Below are positions 46,775 through 57,017 of a stretch of 64,000 nucleotides of DNA, piece after piece. This DNA is from a bacterium (GTDB taxonomy: Bacteria > Actinomycetota > Acidimicrobiia > Spongiisociales > JAENVV01). Positions within the stretch are counted from its first letter, which is position 1; every line of letters begins with the position of its first letter. The DNA is taken from NCBI GenBank assembly GCA_024641305.1, contig JAHEDI010000007.1, positions 11,142-75,141 of the forward strand, given 5' to 3'. Both the position numbers and the translations under genes were made by a program. Below the pieces are notes generated by a model, which was given only the letters and a program-made list of their open reading frames with translations, did no database searches and was not told the origin of the DNA.

Positions 46775-47239
46775 ATGAACTGCCCGCGATGCGACGTGAT
46801 CCTCATCCCCACCCATGCCACTGGCAATCGGTATGAGTGTCCGCGCTGCAATGGACGCCTGTCGAACAACAACGACATCGGCCTGCTGCTCAGCTTCGCC
46901 AAACGAAACCAGCTCGTTCGGGCAGCCGCCGAAGTCTCCTACGAGGGCCTCAGGTGCCCTTTCTGTGGCTCGCCGATGACGCCGGTGAATCTGACCCACC
47001 GGCTAGGTGAAATGGAGGTCGACGTCTGTAACCCGTGCGTCGCCCTATGGACCGATCCCGGTGAAATCACCAAGCTCTCCCAGTCAACCATCGGATCGAC
47101 CACCAGTCACGAACTGGCGGCGATGGACCCTGACCTGCCGCTGAGCTGGCAACGAAGGTCCGTGGGTAGCGATGCCAACGGGAAGGCCACCACCGGGTTA
47201 CTCGACCTGCTGGTCGAGATCTTCACAACCCGAATCTAG
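46775..47239 (+). CDS. Double zinc-ribbon (zf-TFIIB-like) protein
   Basis: CPRC..CPRC and CPFC..CNPC..LWTDPGE motifs. Confidence 0.8.
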   Translation: MNCPRCDVILIPTHATGNRYECPRCNGRLSNNNDIGLLLSFAKRNQLVRAAAEVSYEGLRCPFCGSPMTPVNLTHRLGEMEVDVCNPCVALWTDPGEITKLSQSTIGSTTSHELAAMDPDLPLSWQRRSVGSDANGKATTGLLDLLVEIFTTRI

Positions 47240-47248
47240 AGAACCCAG

Positions 47249-48265
47249 CTAGGCGAGCAGCAGTTCAGCAATCTCAACGGTGTTGAGGGCGGCGCCCTTG
47301 CGCAGGTTGTCGCCAACTGCCCACAATGAAATTCCACCCCGTTCGCCGACCGTCGGTCGAATTCTCCCGACGAGAACATCGTCAATGCCAGCCGAGTCGA
47401 GAGGAGTGGGGATCTTGTCTTCCCAGACTTGTACCCCTGGACTGGCGGCGATTGCGGCAGTCGCCTCGGCAACGTCAATCGGTCGATCGAACATCATGGT
47501 GGCGGCTATGCCATGGCCGACCATGACCGGGACTCGCACACAGGTCGGTTCAACCGCGATCCCAGGAGCACCGAGAATCTTGCGGGTTTCGTTGACAAGC
47601 TTCCACTCTTCGTCCGTGTAGCCCTCGGTTGCCGCATTGCCGGCAAACGGCAACACGTTCCAGCCGATCGGACGAACATACAAGTAGTCGCCCGGCTCCT
47701 GCCATGAGCCGTCGACCAATCCTTGCCGATTGGCGGCGAGGGCCGCATTCTGGCGCACCAACTCATCCATGCCGGCCATCCCGGACCCGGACACCGACTG
47801 GTACGAAGTGGCCACCATCGATCGAAGCCCGGCCACCTGGTGAAGCGGACCGACCGCCATGAGCAGGGCCATCGTCGTGCAGTTCGGGTTGGAGATAATC
47901 CCGGCGTGCCCGGCCAGGGCGTCATTGTTCACCCCGGCCACCACCAGAGGAACGTCGTCACGCATCCGGAAGGCCGAGGAATTGTCAACCACCGTGCAGC
48001 CGGCTTCCGCAAAGCGAGGTGCGAACTCCCTCGAACGGTCACCTCCCGCAGAAAAGAGGGCAATGTCGAGGCCGGCCGGGTCCGCTCCGGCCAGACTCTC
48101 TACGAACACTGGACCCCATTTGGTGGCGACCTCAGTACCGGCCGACCGCTCCGAGGCGAACAAACGCAATTCTTTGACGGGGAAATCCCGTTCTTCAAGG
48201 ATGGACAACATGGTCCGACCGACGGCACCCGTCGCTCCGACGATGGCAACATTCGACAGGGTCAT
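47249..48265 (-). CDS. asd: Aspartate-semialdehyde dehydrogenase
   Basis: [29 protein letters not shown] and [10 protein letters not shown] motifs. Confidence 0.97.
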   Translation of the reverse strand: MTLSNVAIVGATGAVGRTMLSILEERDFPVKELRLFASERSAGTEVATKWGPVFVESLAGADPAGLDIALFSAGGDRSREFAPRFAEAGCTVVDNSSAFRMRDDVPLVVAGVNNDALAGHAGIISNPNCTTMALLMAVGPLHQVAGLRSMVATSYQSVSGSGMAGMDELVRQNAALAANRQGLVDGSWQEPGDYLYVRPIGWNVLPFAGNAATEGYTDEEWKLVNETRKILGAPGIAVEPTCVRVPVMVGHGIAATMMFDRPIDVAEATAAIAASPGVQVWEDKIPTPLDSAGIDDVLVGRIRPTVGERGGISLWAVGDNLRKGAALNTVEIAELLLA

Positions 48266-49494
48266 GCTCCGACCTCCTCTGCAACCTCTTCGAGGTTGAA
48301 CAACGAAACAAGCGTTCCGACCGCATTGTTCACATCAGCTTCGGGAACCACACAAGATATCCGGATCGACGAGGTCGAGATCATGTCGATATTGATCGAC
48401 TTGTCAGCCAATGCCCGAAAGACCCGGGCGGCGATACCTGACTCGGACTTCATACCGGCCCCGATTAGCGAGACCTTGGCGATGGATTCGTTCAGGTCGA
48501 TCGGGCCGGAGCCAAGTTCGGCACCGACCGCTTCAGCCAGTTGCCCGGCCTTGTGAGCCTGGATGCGGGGGACCGTAAAGGAAATATCCGTGTGACCGGC
48601 ACGCGAGACGTTCTGAACAATCATGTCGACGTTGACCCCACCCCCAGACATCGCTTCGAAGAGCCGGGCAGCCACCCCGGGGGTGTCGGGCACACCGGCG
48701 ACGGTTACTTTGGCCTGCGAGGTGTCATGGGCAACACCACTGACGATCGCCTGCTCCATGGTTGTCTCCTTTACCCAGGTGCCCGGGTTCGTGTGAAATG
48801 ATGAACGAACATGTATTGGAATGTTGAAGCGCCGACCGACTTCCACCGACCGTGCCATAAGTACCCCGGCACCCGACGATGCCAGCTCAAGCATCTCGTC
48901 GAACGAGATTTCGTCGAGCTTCCTGGCGGTGGGAACGACCCGCGGATCTGCGGTGAACACCCCATCAACATCGGTATAGATCTCGCAGACCTCGGCGTGG
49001 TGGGCGGCGGCCAGCGCGACGGCGGTCGCATCAGAGCCTCCTCGACCGAGCGTCGTCACCTCTTTGGTATCCGGGGAGACGCCCTGGAAACCAGCGACGA
49101 TCACGACCTTGCCTTCGTCGAGGCTATTGCGGATCCGGTCACCCCGAATCTCGGTGATCTTGGCCGATCCGTGTTCATTGTCCGTCAGGATGCCCGCCTG
49201 GGAACCGGTCAATGAGACGGCTTCGACCCCTTCGGCGTGGAGAGCCATGGCTACCAGGGCCATCGAAATACGTTCGCCGGCGGTAAGCAACATGTCCATC
49301 TCACGGGCCGGCGGATCTGGAGTGATATCTGCGGCCAACGCGATGAGGTCATCGGTGCTTCTTCCCATGGCCGACACCACTACGATCACCTCGTTCCCGG
49401 CGCGGCTCGTGTCGGCAATGCGCCGGGCCACCCGCTTGATGCGGTCGGGGTCTCCCACCGAAGTCCCACCGAATTTTTGAACAATGAGTGCCAT
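48262..49494 (-). CDS. ask: Aspartate kinase
   Basis: [23 protein letters not shown] and YTDVDG motifs; two ACT domains. Confidence 0.97.
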   Translation of the reverse strand: MALIVQKFGGTSVGDPDRIKRVARRIADTSRAGNEVIVVVSAMGRSTDDLIALAADITPDPPAREMDMLLTAGERISMALVAMALHAEGVEAVSLTGSQAGILTDNEHGSAKITEIRGDRIRNSLDEGKVVIVAGFQGVSPDTKEVTTLGRGGSDATAVALAAAHHAEVCEIYTDVDGVFTADPRVVPTARKLDEISFDEMLELASSGAGVLMARSVEVGRRFNIPIHVRSSFHTNPGTWVKETTMEQAIVSGVAHDTSQAKVTVAGVPDTPGVAARLFEAMSGGGVNVDMIVQNVSRAGHTDISFTVPRIQAHKAGQLAEAVGAELGSGPIDLNESIAKVSLIGAGMKSESGIAARVFRALADKSINIDMISTSSIRISCVVPEADVNNAVGTLVSLFNLEEVAEEVGA

Positions 49495-49612
49495 GATAAG
49501 TCTCTTCGCAGCGCCGACGGGGAAAGTCTACAAGCACTCGGCAAGCATCCCGTCATCACCAAATCGACGTACTCGACCAAACCCCCCTTCCGACGATCTA
49601 ACATGCCGCCTC

Positions 49613-50365
49613 GTGTCACGCTCAAAGGCAAACAAAGAAGCTGCCCGCAAACAACGGCAAAAACAGGCCCAGAGAAAACAGCTACTGGCCACGCTGCGCC
49701 GTTTCGGCATCGCCACGATCATTGTGGTGATCGTCCTCGGCCTGGCCTCCATATTCAGCAGTAAAGCCGGTCCACTCGGCGAGACATACGACGAGATTCG
49801 GACCTTCCCGGTTGCCTGCGGTGGCGACCTACCGCCCGAGATCACCACACCACAAACCTTCACGGAAGCCACCGATCAAGGATTGACGGAAAACGCCACC
49901 GCCACTGTTGTTACGTCGTGCGGGACCATTGAAATAGCTCTCGATCTGACCACTTCTCCGACAGCCGCAAACACGTTCGCGTTTCTTGCCAACGAGGGCT
50001 ACTACAACGGAACCGCCGCCCATCAACTCCTCCCCCAATTCGTCAAGTTCGGCGACCCGACCGCCACCGGCCTTGGCAATCCAGGCTTCACCTTTCAAGC
50101 TGAGAAGCCACCTGCGAACTTCGAGTACACACGAGGGGTGGTGGCCCTGGGCTTGAACGAAACTCAACGCAACGACGGCCAGTTTTTCATCGTGCTGGCC
50201 GACAAATCGACACGCGCCCCGAATTTCAGTCCCATCGGGGTCGTCACGGACGGCCAGGACGTTCTCGATAAGATCGCGGCCATCAACGTGCAGTTGGGAG
50301 TGATTCCCGAAATCAGCCAACCAGCCGAGACAATCTATATCGAGTCAATCACGATCAACCCGTAA
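49613..50365 (+). CDS. Membrane-anchored cyclophilin-type PPIase (PpiB-like, divergent active site); start GTG 49613
   Basis: Basic N-terminus and TM; TSCGTI, FLANEGYY, GDPTATGLGNPGF and QFFIV motifs. Confidence 0.85.
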   Translation: MSRSKANKEAARKQRQKQAQRKQLLATLRRFGIATIIVVIVLGLASIFSSKAGPLGETYDEIRTFPVACGGDLPPEITTPQTFTEATDQGLTENATATVVTSCGTIEIALDLTTSPTAANTFAFLANEGYYNGTAAHQLLPQFVKFGDPTATGLGNPGFTFQAEKPPANFEYTRGVVALGLNETQRNDGQFFIVLADKSTRAPNFSPIGVVTDGQDVLDKIAAINVQLGVIPEISQPAETIYIESITINP

Positions 50366-50403
50366 AGACGCCGTTCCTACCCAAAAGGCGGTACCGTCGC
50401 ATC

Positions 50404-51240
50404 ATGGCTGTCGACCTGCACACACACTCTCGCGTTTCGGATGGGTCCGACAGTCCAACCGAACTTGTTGCCAACGCCGTATCGGCCAGGCTCAACGCCC
50501 TCGCTCTCACCGACCACGACACCCTCGATGGCCTCGAAGAGGCTCAGGCAGCCGCCGACCTGGCTGGTATCCGACTCATCCGAGGGGTCGAACTATCGCT
50601 CGAATGGACCAAGGGCGGGATGCACCTGGTCGTGCTGTTTCTCACCCCCGAGGGCCCTCTCCAGGATCGACTCGCTGATCTTCAGATAGCTCGTCAAACC
50701 CGCAACGACCGGATGATCCTGCTTCTCCAGTCCCTCGGATATGACATCACGATGGAAGAACTGATCGAAGAATCAGGCGGCGGGGTCGTCGGCCGACCGC
50801 ACATGGCGGCCATCCTCGTCAGGAAGGGCTATTTCCCGGATCCTCCCGCGGTCTTTGACGAGCTCCTTGCTACCGGTCGACCCGGTTACCTCGGCCGGGA
50901 CCGACTCGATCCCGAGGAGGCCATCAGGCTTGCCAGGGCTTCGGGAGGCGTACCCATCGTTGCCCACCCTCACACGTTGGGCCTCGATACGGCGGCCGAA
51001 TATGCCGACGCGATGGAGACCCTGGCGACCACCGGGCTGGCTGGCATCGAGTGTTACTACGGCGACTACCCCCGGGCCCAGCAAGAAGAACTTGCCACGA
51101 CCACCAGGCGCTTCGGGCTGATCCCTTCTGGAGGATCCGACTACCACGGTACGTACAAGGAGGGTCTCGAGTTGGGAATTGGCCGGGGAGAACTGCTCGT
51201 TCCTGATCACGTCCTGGAAGAGCTAGAAGCCAACCGGTGA
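50404..51240 (+). CDS. PHP-domain phosphoesterase (TrpH/YciV-like)
   Basis: DLHTHS..SDG, LTDHDT, GRPH, AHP and GGSDYHG motifs. Confidence 0.92.
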   Translation: MAVDLHTHSRVSDGSDSPTELVANAVSARLNALALTDHDTLDGLEEAQAAADLAGIRLIRGVELSLEWTKGGMHLVVLFLTPEGPLQDRLADLQIARQTRNDRMILLLQSLGYDITMEELIEESGGGVVGRPHMAAILVRKGYFPDPPAVFDELLATGRPGYLGRDRLDPEEAIRLARASGGVPIVAHPHTLGLDTAAEYADAMETLATTGLAGIECYYGDYPRAQQEELATTTRRFGLIPSGGSDYHGTYKEGLELGIGRGELLVPDHVLEELEANR

Positions 51241-52826
51241 CCAAAGGAATGGGGCGGGCCGCCCTGATCGTCTCGGCCGGCATCCTCGTCTCAAGAGTCC
51301 TCGGACTCGTGCGAGAGTCGGTCATGGCTGCGTTACTCGGAGCGGGTACCGAGTCGGGAATCTATGTGGCGGCCTTCGCCATCCCGGACATCCTGTACTA
51401 CCTGATGGCGGGCGGGTACCTATCCATCACATTCATACCGATTCTCTCCCGTCACCTCGCTGCGGACGATGAGGCTGGTCAGTGGGAGTCTTTCGCAGCC
51501 ATCGCCAAACCCGTGACCACCGTCATGGTCGCCGTCACCGCCGCCGCCATGGTCTTCTCCGATCAATTGGTCGACTTCGTTTATGTCGCCCTCCCCCGGC
51601 TTCTCGACAGCGACGCCATCGTGGCTCTCGGCCCAACAGAGCTCGCTCAAGTAGCCCACTTGACCCGAATTGTCCTTCCCGCCCAAACGTTCTTCATGCT
51701 CGGCTCGCTCCTGGCCGCCGTTCAATACGCCCACCGCCGATTCACCCTGCCGTCGTTGGCGCCGCTCGTCTATAACCTGGCAATCATCGTCGGGGGGGTT
51801 CTGGGACCATCCCTCGGAATCGGCGGCGCCGAAGGGTTCGCCTGGGGTGCCCTGCTCGGGTCGATCCTTGGCAACTTTGGCCTTCAGTTATATGGCGCCA
51901 GACAGGTCGGCCTGCGGTGGGCACCGGGAACTTCCTGGCGAGGGCCGGTCGTCGGCGAGTACCTGCGCCTGGCACTACCGCTCATGCTTGGACAATCCAT
52001 CGCCGTCCTCGACGCCCAGTTCATTCCGATCTTCGGCCAGACCCTCGGCGAATCGGCCATTTCTCAGGTGTACTTCGGCCGCCGCCTCAATATGTTTCCG
52101 GTGGGCATCATCGCCCAGGCGGCAGGAGTCGCCGCCTATCCGTATCTGGCCAGGCTGGCCGAGGAAGGCAAACTTTCCGAACTCTCGGCTACCTTGACCA
52201 GAGCCCTGAGATACACCATCTTTGCCGGGTTCGCGGCTGCAGCAGCCGTATTTGCGGCCTCGGCACCAGCCGTACGGATTGCCTACCAGAGAGGTGATTT
52301 CACGAGCACGGACACGGTGGCGGTGGCCACTGCGCTGGCCATCTACAGCCTGTCGATTCCGTTGTGGGGCGCCCACCAGGTGTATTCCCGGGCCTTCTAC
52401 GCCCGACGCAAAATGTGGACCCCGGTCGTGATCGGCACATTGTGGACGGTGCTGGGCGCAGGCATTTACTGGTGGTTCGTGGCCCGGTATGGTCAATCAG
52501 GCCTGGCAGCCGCCAGTGTGACCACGATGGCGCTGTACACCCTCCATCTTGCCTTGTCCTGGTACCGCCAGACCGGATTATCCGAGGGCCGTTCCGTGGC
52601 CGGCGTCACCGGGAGGTCGGCACTGTCGGCACTTCTGGCCGGAGCGGTCGGTTCGTACGCGGTACGGATGATCACCGGCCCGGTGGAGTCGATGGGCCTC
52701 TTCGAGAGCCTGGCGGGCCTTGTGGTGGCGACGGTGGTGGTGGGCGGTCTATACCTGGCAATGACCAAAGTGCTGGGGGGACGTGAGCTATCAGAACTAC
52801 GACTCGCCAGGCGGGCCGGGGACTGA
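51237..52826 (+). CDS. murJ: Lipid II flippase MurJ/MviN
   Basis: SRVLGLVRE, AFAIPD, TFIP, RLNMFPVG, YQRGDF and RAFYA motifs. Confidence 0.9.
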   Translation: MTKGMGRAALIVSAGILVSRVLGLVRESVMAALLGAGTESGIYVAAFAIPDILYYLMAGGYLSITFIPILSRHLAADDEAGQWESFAAIAKPVTTVMVAVTAAAMVFSDQLVDFVYVALPRLLDSDAIVALGPTELAQVAHLTRIVLPAQTFFMLGSLLAAVQYAHRRFTLPSLAPLVYNLAIIVGGVLGPSLGIGGAEGFAWGALLGSILGNFGLQLYGARQVGLRWAPGTSWRGPVVGEYLRLALPLMLGQSIAVLDAQFIPIFGQTLGESAISQVYFGRRLNMFPVGIIAQAAGVAAYPYLARLAEEGKLSELSATLTRALRYTIFAGFAAAAAVFAASAPAVRIAYQRGDFTSTDTVAVATALAIYSLSIPLWGAHQVYSRAFYARRKMWTPVVIGTLWTVLGAGIYWWFVARYGQSGLAAASVTTMALYTLHLALSWYRQTGLSEGRSVAGVTGRSALSALLAGAVGSYAVRMITGPVESMGLFESLAGLVVATVVVGGLYLAMTKVLGGRELSELRLARRAGD

Positions 52827-54275
52827 GGCCGTCGGGGGAACGTTCATCAGCGTTCCTGGTTGAGGACCGGTCTGACCACCAAGGTTTCCAACCCCGGTCC
52901 GTTGCATGTCACCCCAGACCTTCTTCTTGGGGTTCCAAAACAGGGACCGCACCCGCCACCAGACCGATCGTTGCCGAAGCCCGAGATGCTCCCCGAGCGT
53001 GTACATCAACAAGCGTAAGGTCGATCGGCCGTCTGAGTAGTAGCCGAACCGATCGTCAAGAAAGAGGGAGGCAATCGAGTTGGCGGTACCCAATAGCAAC
53101 GCGATCAGGATGAGCGGCACAGCCACCTCGGGGTTCAAAAAGCCGGTGAGCAACGAGATCGGTATGAGAATCCATCCGGTGAACTCAAGAACTGGTGCGA
53201 TGAACTCGAACGCGATGAATGATGGCCATGCCACCATCCCGACAAACCCATAGCGCGGATTCAAGATCATTCCCTTGTATTGCCAGATGACCTGGATGAG
53301 TCCCCGATGCCAACGAACCCGCTGCTTCTTGAGCACGTTCCAGGTCACCGGTACCTCTGTCCAGGCTACTGCATCGGCCGAGTACACAATGCGATAGTCC
53401 TGCTTCTTCCGCCGGAAATGCCGGTGTAGTCGCATGGTCATCTCCATGTCCTCGCCGAGATGGTCGTTCCGGAAGCCCCCGACCTCGGTCACCGCCGCCT
53501 TGGAAAATATTCCAAAGGCGCCCGAAATGATGAGCAGCGACCCCATCCGGGACCAACCAGGTCTGGCCGACAGGAACGATCGTATGTATTCCACGACCTG
53601 GGCCATCTCAATCGCGGTTCGAGGCAGCGAGACTTTCGTCACCTTCCCGAGGCGCACCTCGCAACCGTTAAGCGGGCGAACATTGCCGCCGACGGCCACC
53701 GTTCGTTCCCGATCTTCTACAAAGTGGCGAGCTGCATGGATGAGCGCCTCGGATTCGAGCACCATGTCGGCATCGGTCGCCATGAAATACGGAAACTTGG
53801 AGACGTTGATTCCGGCGTTGATGGCATCGGATTTGCCGCCATTTTCTTTGTCGACCAGGACGACGGGATGTGGCAAGCGACTCTTGTACAGCCGTCGTAT
53901 TGTCTGCGTCGGTATCGCATTACGAAACGGAAAGTCGATCGGCACCATATCGAAGGCTTCGATCATCCGTTGAACCGTTTCATCCTTCGAACCGTCGTTG
54001 ACGACGATGATCTCCATGTTGGGATAGTGCAGCATCGCCATGGATCGAACCGAGTCGGCGATTCCGGTCGCTTCGTTGTACGCCGGGATCACGATCGAAA
54101 TCGGTGGAGTCGTATCGGAGGTAATCATGTCCTGAATGCGACCGTGCCGGGTCACGAACCGGTCGGAAGCCAGGGCACGATAAGACATCGTTGCCACAAA
54201 AAAGACTTGTATCTGCATCAGGATGACGTAAAAGATGATGAAGAAATTGAACGTCTGAACGATGGTGTTGAGCAT
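52797..54275 (-). CDS. Processive GT2 glycosyltransferase (PgaC/IcaA-like polysaccharide synthase)
   Basis: PAYNE, NDGS, KENGGKSDAIN, DAD, SGAFG, GEDME and QRVRW motifs; N- and C-terminal TMs. Confidence 0.9.
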   Translation of the reverse strand: MLNTIVQTFNFFIIFYVILMQIQVFFVATMSYRALASDRFVTRHGRIQDMITSDTTPPISIVIPAYNEATGIADSVRSMAMLHYPNMEIIVVNDGSKDETVQRMIEAFDMVPIDFPFRNAIPTQTIRRLYKSRLPHPVVLVDKENGGKSDAINAGINVSKFPYFMATDADMVLESEALIHAARHFVEDRERTVAVGGNVRPLNGCEVRLGKVTKVSLPRTAIEMAQVVEYIRSFLSARPGWSRMGSLLIISGAFGIFSKAAVTEVGGFRNDHLGEDMEMTMRLHRHFRRKKQDYRIVYSADAVAWTEVPVTWNVLKKQRVRWHRGLIQVIWQYKGMILNPRYGFVGMVAWPSFIAFEFIAPVLEFTGWILIPISLLTGFLNPEVAVPLILIALLLGTANSIASLFLDDRFGYYSDGRSTLRLLMYTLGEHLGLRQRSVWWRVRSLFWNPKKKVWGDMQRTGVGNLGGQTGPQPGTLMNVPPTASVPGPPGES

Positions 54276-54343
54276 GATGTACCGTCAGGTCGCGGTTGAA
54301 CTCATTCTGGTCGGTGCGAGGGTCATTGCCAGGGACCTCTCGC

Positions 54344-55522
54344 TCAGACCCGCATCCGGAGGGCGTCGACATACTCGGGATTGAGACCCGCCACCAGGAA
54401 GAACTCTGCCTTCCCGGCCTGAACCAGGGAGGAGATGAGATCCTCGGCGGCCAGCCGGTCAGTTGCTTCTGTTGAACGGAGCGCTTCAACAGCCTCGCCA
54501 GCAACCCCGGACGACAGAAGAACCGCGGCCGCCGCATCACGTGCATACGGGTCGGGATGTCCCAGCGAGGAACGGAGCGCCTCGTTTCCTCCTGGAACCT
54601 CGACCAGGGCTGAGGCAGCATTGTGCCGTACCCACCAGGATTGGTCACTGAGTGCTCTCCGGAGCCAGGGTATGGCCTGACGGTCAGTTCGTCGTCCCAA
54701 CGCCGAGGCGGCCTGGGCACGGACCTCCCACTGTTTATCTGCGAGAAGCTCCAGCAATGAGGGCACCGCCCGGGGAGTTCCGGCTCTTCCGAGCGCAGCA
54801 GCTGCCCTCATTCTCAAATCGGCGTCGGACGAGGACAGCGCCTGAATCAGCGATCCTTCGGCCCGAATATCACCGATAAGTCCAAGCGTGCGGGCAATCA
54901 AAGGCCGGTAGCGACCCGTCCCCTGCAAATAGCGAGCCATCTCGGGGACCGCCTCGCGCCCGAACGAGTAGAGGGCGTCGGCTATCCGTTGGGCGTGCCA
55001 CTCGTCCTGGTGTTCCATGCCGGCCAGGAGACTCCTGACGGAACTCGGGTCTCCGATATGAGCCAGCGCGGCAGCTGCCTGCACCTGGATCTCGGGGACG
55101 ATGTCGTGCAGCATGAACACGAGATCGGTAACGGTGGTGGGGTCGCCGATTTCGCCGAGCGCCTCCACGGCACTCACCCGTTCATCCCGGTCTTTCGACC
55201 GCAATCCCTTAAGGAAACGGTCGACTAATCCCATGTCACGGGCCGCCGTAAGCAACCGGAGTCGATCGTCGCCCTGGAGCATGCGCATATATTCGAGCAC
55301 CACCGATCGAAACTCCGGATCTCCGGCGTATCGACGGAAATTTCGAGATCCGGGATCACCGCGGACGATGAGTTCTCCAACCAAATCGACGAACCTGGCT
55401 CGCCGGGCGGCAGTCCGGCGACGGCGAGCCCCACTCACTGCCTTCAGGAGGAACAGAGAAACGGCGGAGATGATGACCAACCCGCCGAGGCCGATGAGAA
55501 CTGCCACTGCCAGATCAGCCAT
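54344..55522 (-). CDS. Membrane-anchored HEAT-repeat protein
   Basis: N-terminal TM; repeated L.D...VR..AA.ALG units including WEVRAQAA and WWVRHNAA. Confidence 0.88.
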   Translation of the reverse strand: MADLAVAVLIGLGGLVIISAVSLFLLKAVSGARRRRTAARRARFVDLVGELIVRGDPGSRNFRRYAGDPEFRSVVLEYMRMLQGDDRLRLLTAARDMGLVDRFLKGLRSKDRDERVSAVEALGEIGDPTTVTDLVFMLHDIVPEIQVQAAAALAHIGDPSSVRSLLAGMEHQDEWHAQRIADALYSFGREAVPEMARYLQGTGRYRPLIARTLGLIGDIRAEGSLIQALSSSDADLRMRAAAALGRAGTPRAVPSLLELLADKQWEVRAQAASALGRRTDRQAIPWLRRALSDQSWWVRHNAASALVEVPGGNEALRSSLGHPDPYARDAAAAVLLSSGVAGEAVEALRSTEATDRLAAEDLISSLVQAGKAEFFLVAGLNPEYVDALRMRV

Positions 55523-55895
55523 TCTGAGGCCGATCGCGGATTTGCACCTTCACTCTGGCAATGATCTCCCGAACCGAAAAGGGTTTCCGCACGTAGTCGG
55601 AGGCGCCTGACTCGAGTGAACGCACGATGTCCTCTTCGTTCGAGACCCCCGAGACGATGATGATCGGGGTTGCCATGCCGGCCTGGCGCCACCGTTGCAC
55701 GACTTCCTGACCGAGCAGTCCCGGCAAGAGGTGATCAATGAGGATGACATCGAATCGTTCGGCCAACGCGCGCTCGAATGCCTCGAGACCGTCGGCGAGG
55801 GCAGTCACCTCACAGCCAGCCGACTCAAGGGCGCGCGTCAACAGAAAGGCAACAGCCCGTTCATCGTCTACGACGAGAATCTTTGGTTTGTTCAT
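55515..55895 (-). CDS. Single-domain response regulator
   Basis: ILVVDDE, ILID, IVSG and GASDYVRKPF motifs. Confidence 0.92.
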   Translation of the reverse strand: MNKPKILVVDDERAVAFLLTRALESAGCEVTALADGLEAFERALAERFDVILIDHLLPGLLGQEVVQRWRQAGMATPIIIVSGVSNEEDIVRSLESGASDYVRKPFSVREIIARVKVQIRDRPQNG

Positions 55896-55937
55896 GCGCC
55901 AATTCCACCACCGGCACCCCCGGCGCTGTCGATGGAT

Positions 55938-57017
55938 TTAGTCGCTCGTTATCTCACTATCTGCCATTTGAACCAACCGCTCGACGAGCGGTGCATAAAT
56001 GCGGTAAAACAAGGCCGCGTTTCCGTGAGCTGCCAAACGCTTCATTACCGGCAGCGCGCCCGCTATGTGGCGCGCCGGAAAGGCTGCCGGAGTTGAAGCA
56101 AGATTGCCTGCTGCGTACACCGTGTTGTCGTTCCAAACGAGAAAAGGCGAACGCTGGGCGATACCCCATTCCTCGAGAAGAGCAGCTCCCCGATCATTGA
56201 CCGGGAGGTTGATCCACAGGGATGTATCGGCACCGGAATCCGCTTCTATAAGGGCAAACCACGAGTCGAAGGAAACGTCCAATTTCTCACGTTCGTCGGG
56301 CAAACTGCCGGTGATGCGGGGTCGGGGACTCTCCAAATCGGCCGATTGCAGCACAACGAGGGCCGGAGCACGGGTGCGGGTACCGACGCTAGTTCCAACA
56401 ATGATTATCCCGGGTCCCTGATAGTCCCACGCCCCGGCATGAAGGCTCCGCAACCGCGGGCCGGCATCCTGCAGATCCTCAAACGCCCGCCCCACCCAAC
56501 CGGTGGCATCGATCCCGAAGATCGACTGAAGCATTTCCGATGTCCCCGGATCGGTCGGCTCGTGCATCATGTTGAACTCAGCCATCACCACCGTGCCCTC
56601 GTCGGCCCATCGGGCTACATCGCGAGCGAACGATGGTGGGAAAGTCTGGCTGACTCTCACAATCCCGTCCGCATCAATCTCAGCCAATTCATTCACATAG
56701 ACCCCGTAAGCGTCCACCAACAAGACGAGGTCGGGCCGTTGATCAGGCCACGTCCCGAACGGAAGCCCTCCGGGACCCGACCCGACATAGTCGGTAGCGC
56801 CATTGAACGGCACCTTCAGATACGTCATCATCAGGCCTACCGCATTGTGCTCACGACGCAGATCGTCAACGACGGTCGAGTCATAGACGAGAAGGTCGAT
56901 GGGTCGTTCGGACGTAAGCGACCACCGCAACCACCCGCCAAATGGAAGCCCGGCTATCACAACCAATCCGATGAGCGAAAGCCCCAGGAATAGCCGATTC
57001 GCCGAGCGCAGTTTCAA
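55938..57017 (-). CDS. Hypothetical membrane-anchored extracytoplasmic protein
   Basis: N-terminal TM; YDSTV..RREH, DAYGVY, AEFN and GWVGR motif-like blocks; TTGA-coupled to the upstream gene. Confidence 0.75.
   Translation of the reverse strand: MKLRSANRLFLGLSLIGLVVIAGLPFGGWLRWSLTSERPIDLLVYDSTVVDDLRREHNAVGLMMTYLKVPFNGATDYVGSGPGGLPFGTWPDQRPDLVLLVDAYGVYVNELAEIDADGIVRVSQTFPPSFARDVARWADEGTVVMAEFNMMHEPTDPGTSEMLQSIFGIDATGWVGRAFEDLQDAGPRLRSLHAGAWDYQGPGIIIVGTSVGTRTRAPALVVLQSADLESPRPRITGSLPDEREKLDVSFDSWFALIEADSGADTSLWINLPVNDRGAALLEEWGIAQRSPFLVWNDNTVYAAGNLASTPAAFPARHIAGALPVMKRLAAHGNAALFYRIYAPLVERLVQMADSEITSD

Noticed and set aside
46586-47239. tRNA-Pro as an integration site for an island
   Set aside because: No integrase follows and I found no duplicate of the tRNA 3' end; only one small gene precedes asd.
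49495-49612. Lysine riboswitch upstream of ask
   Set aside because: The gap is too short and shared with a divergent promoter; no matching structure.
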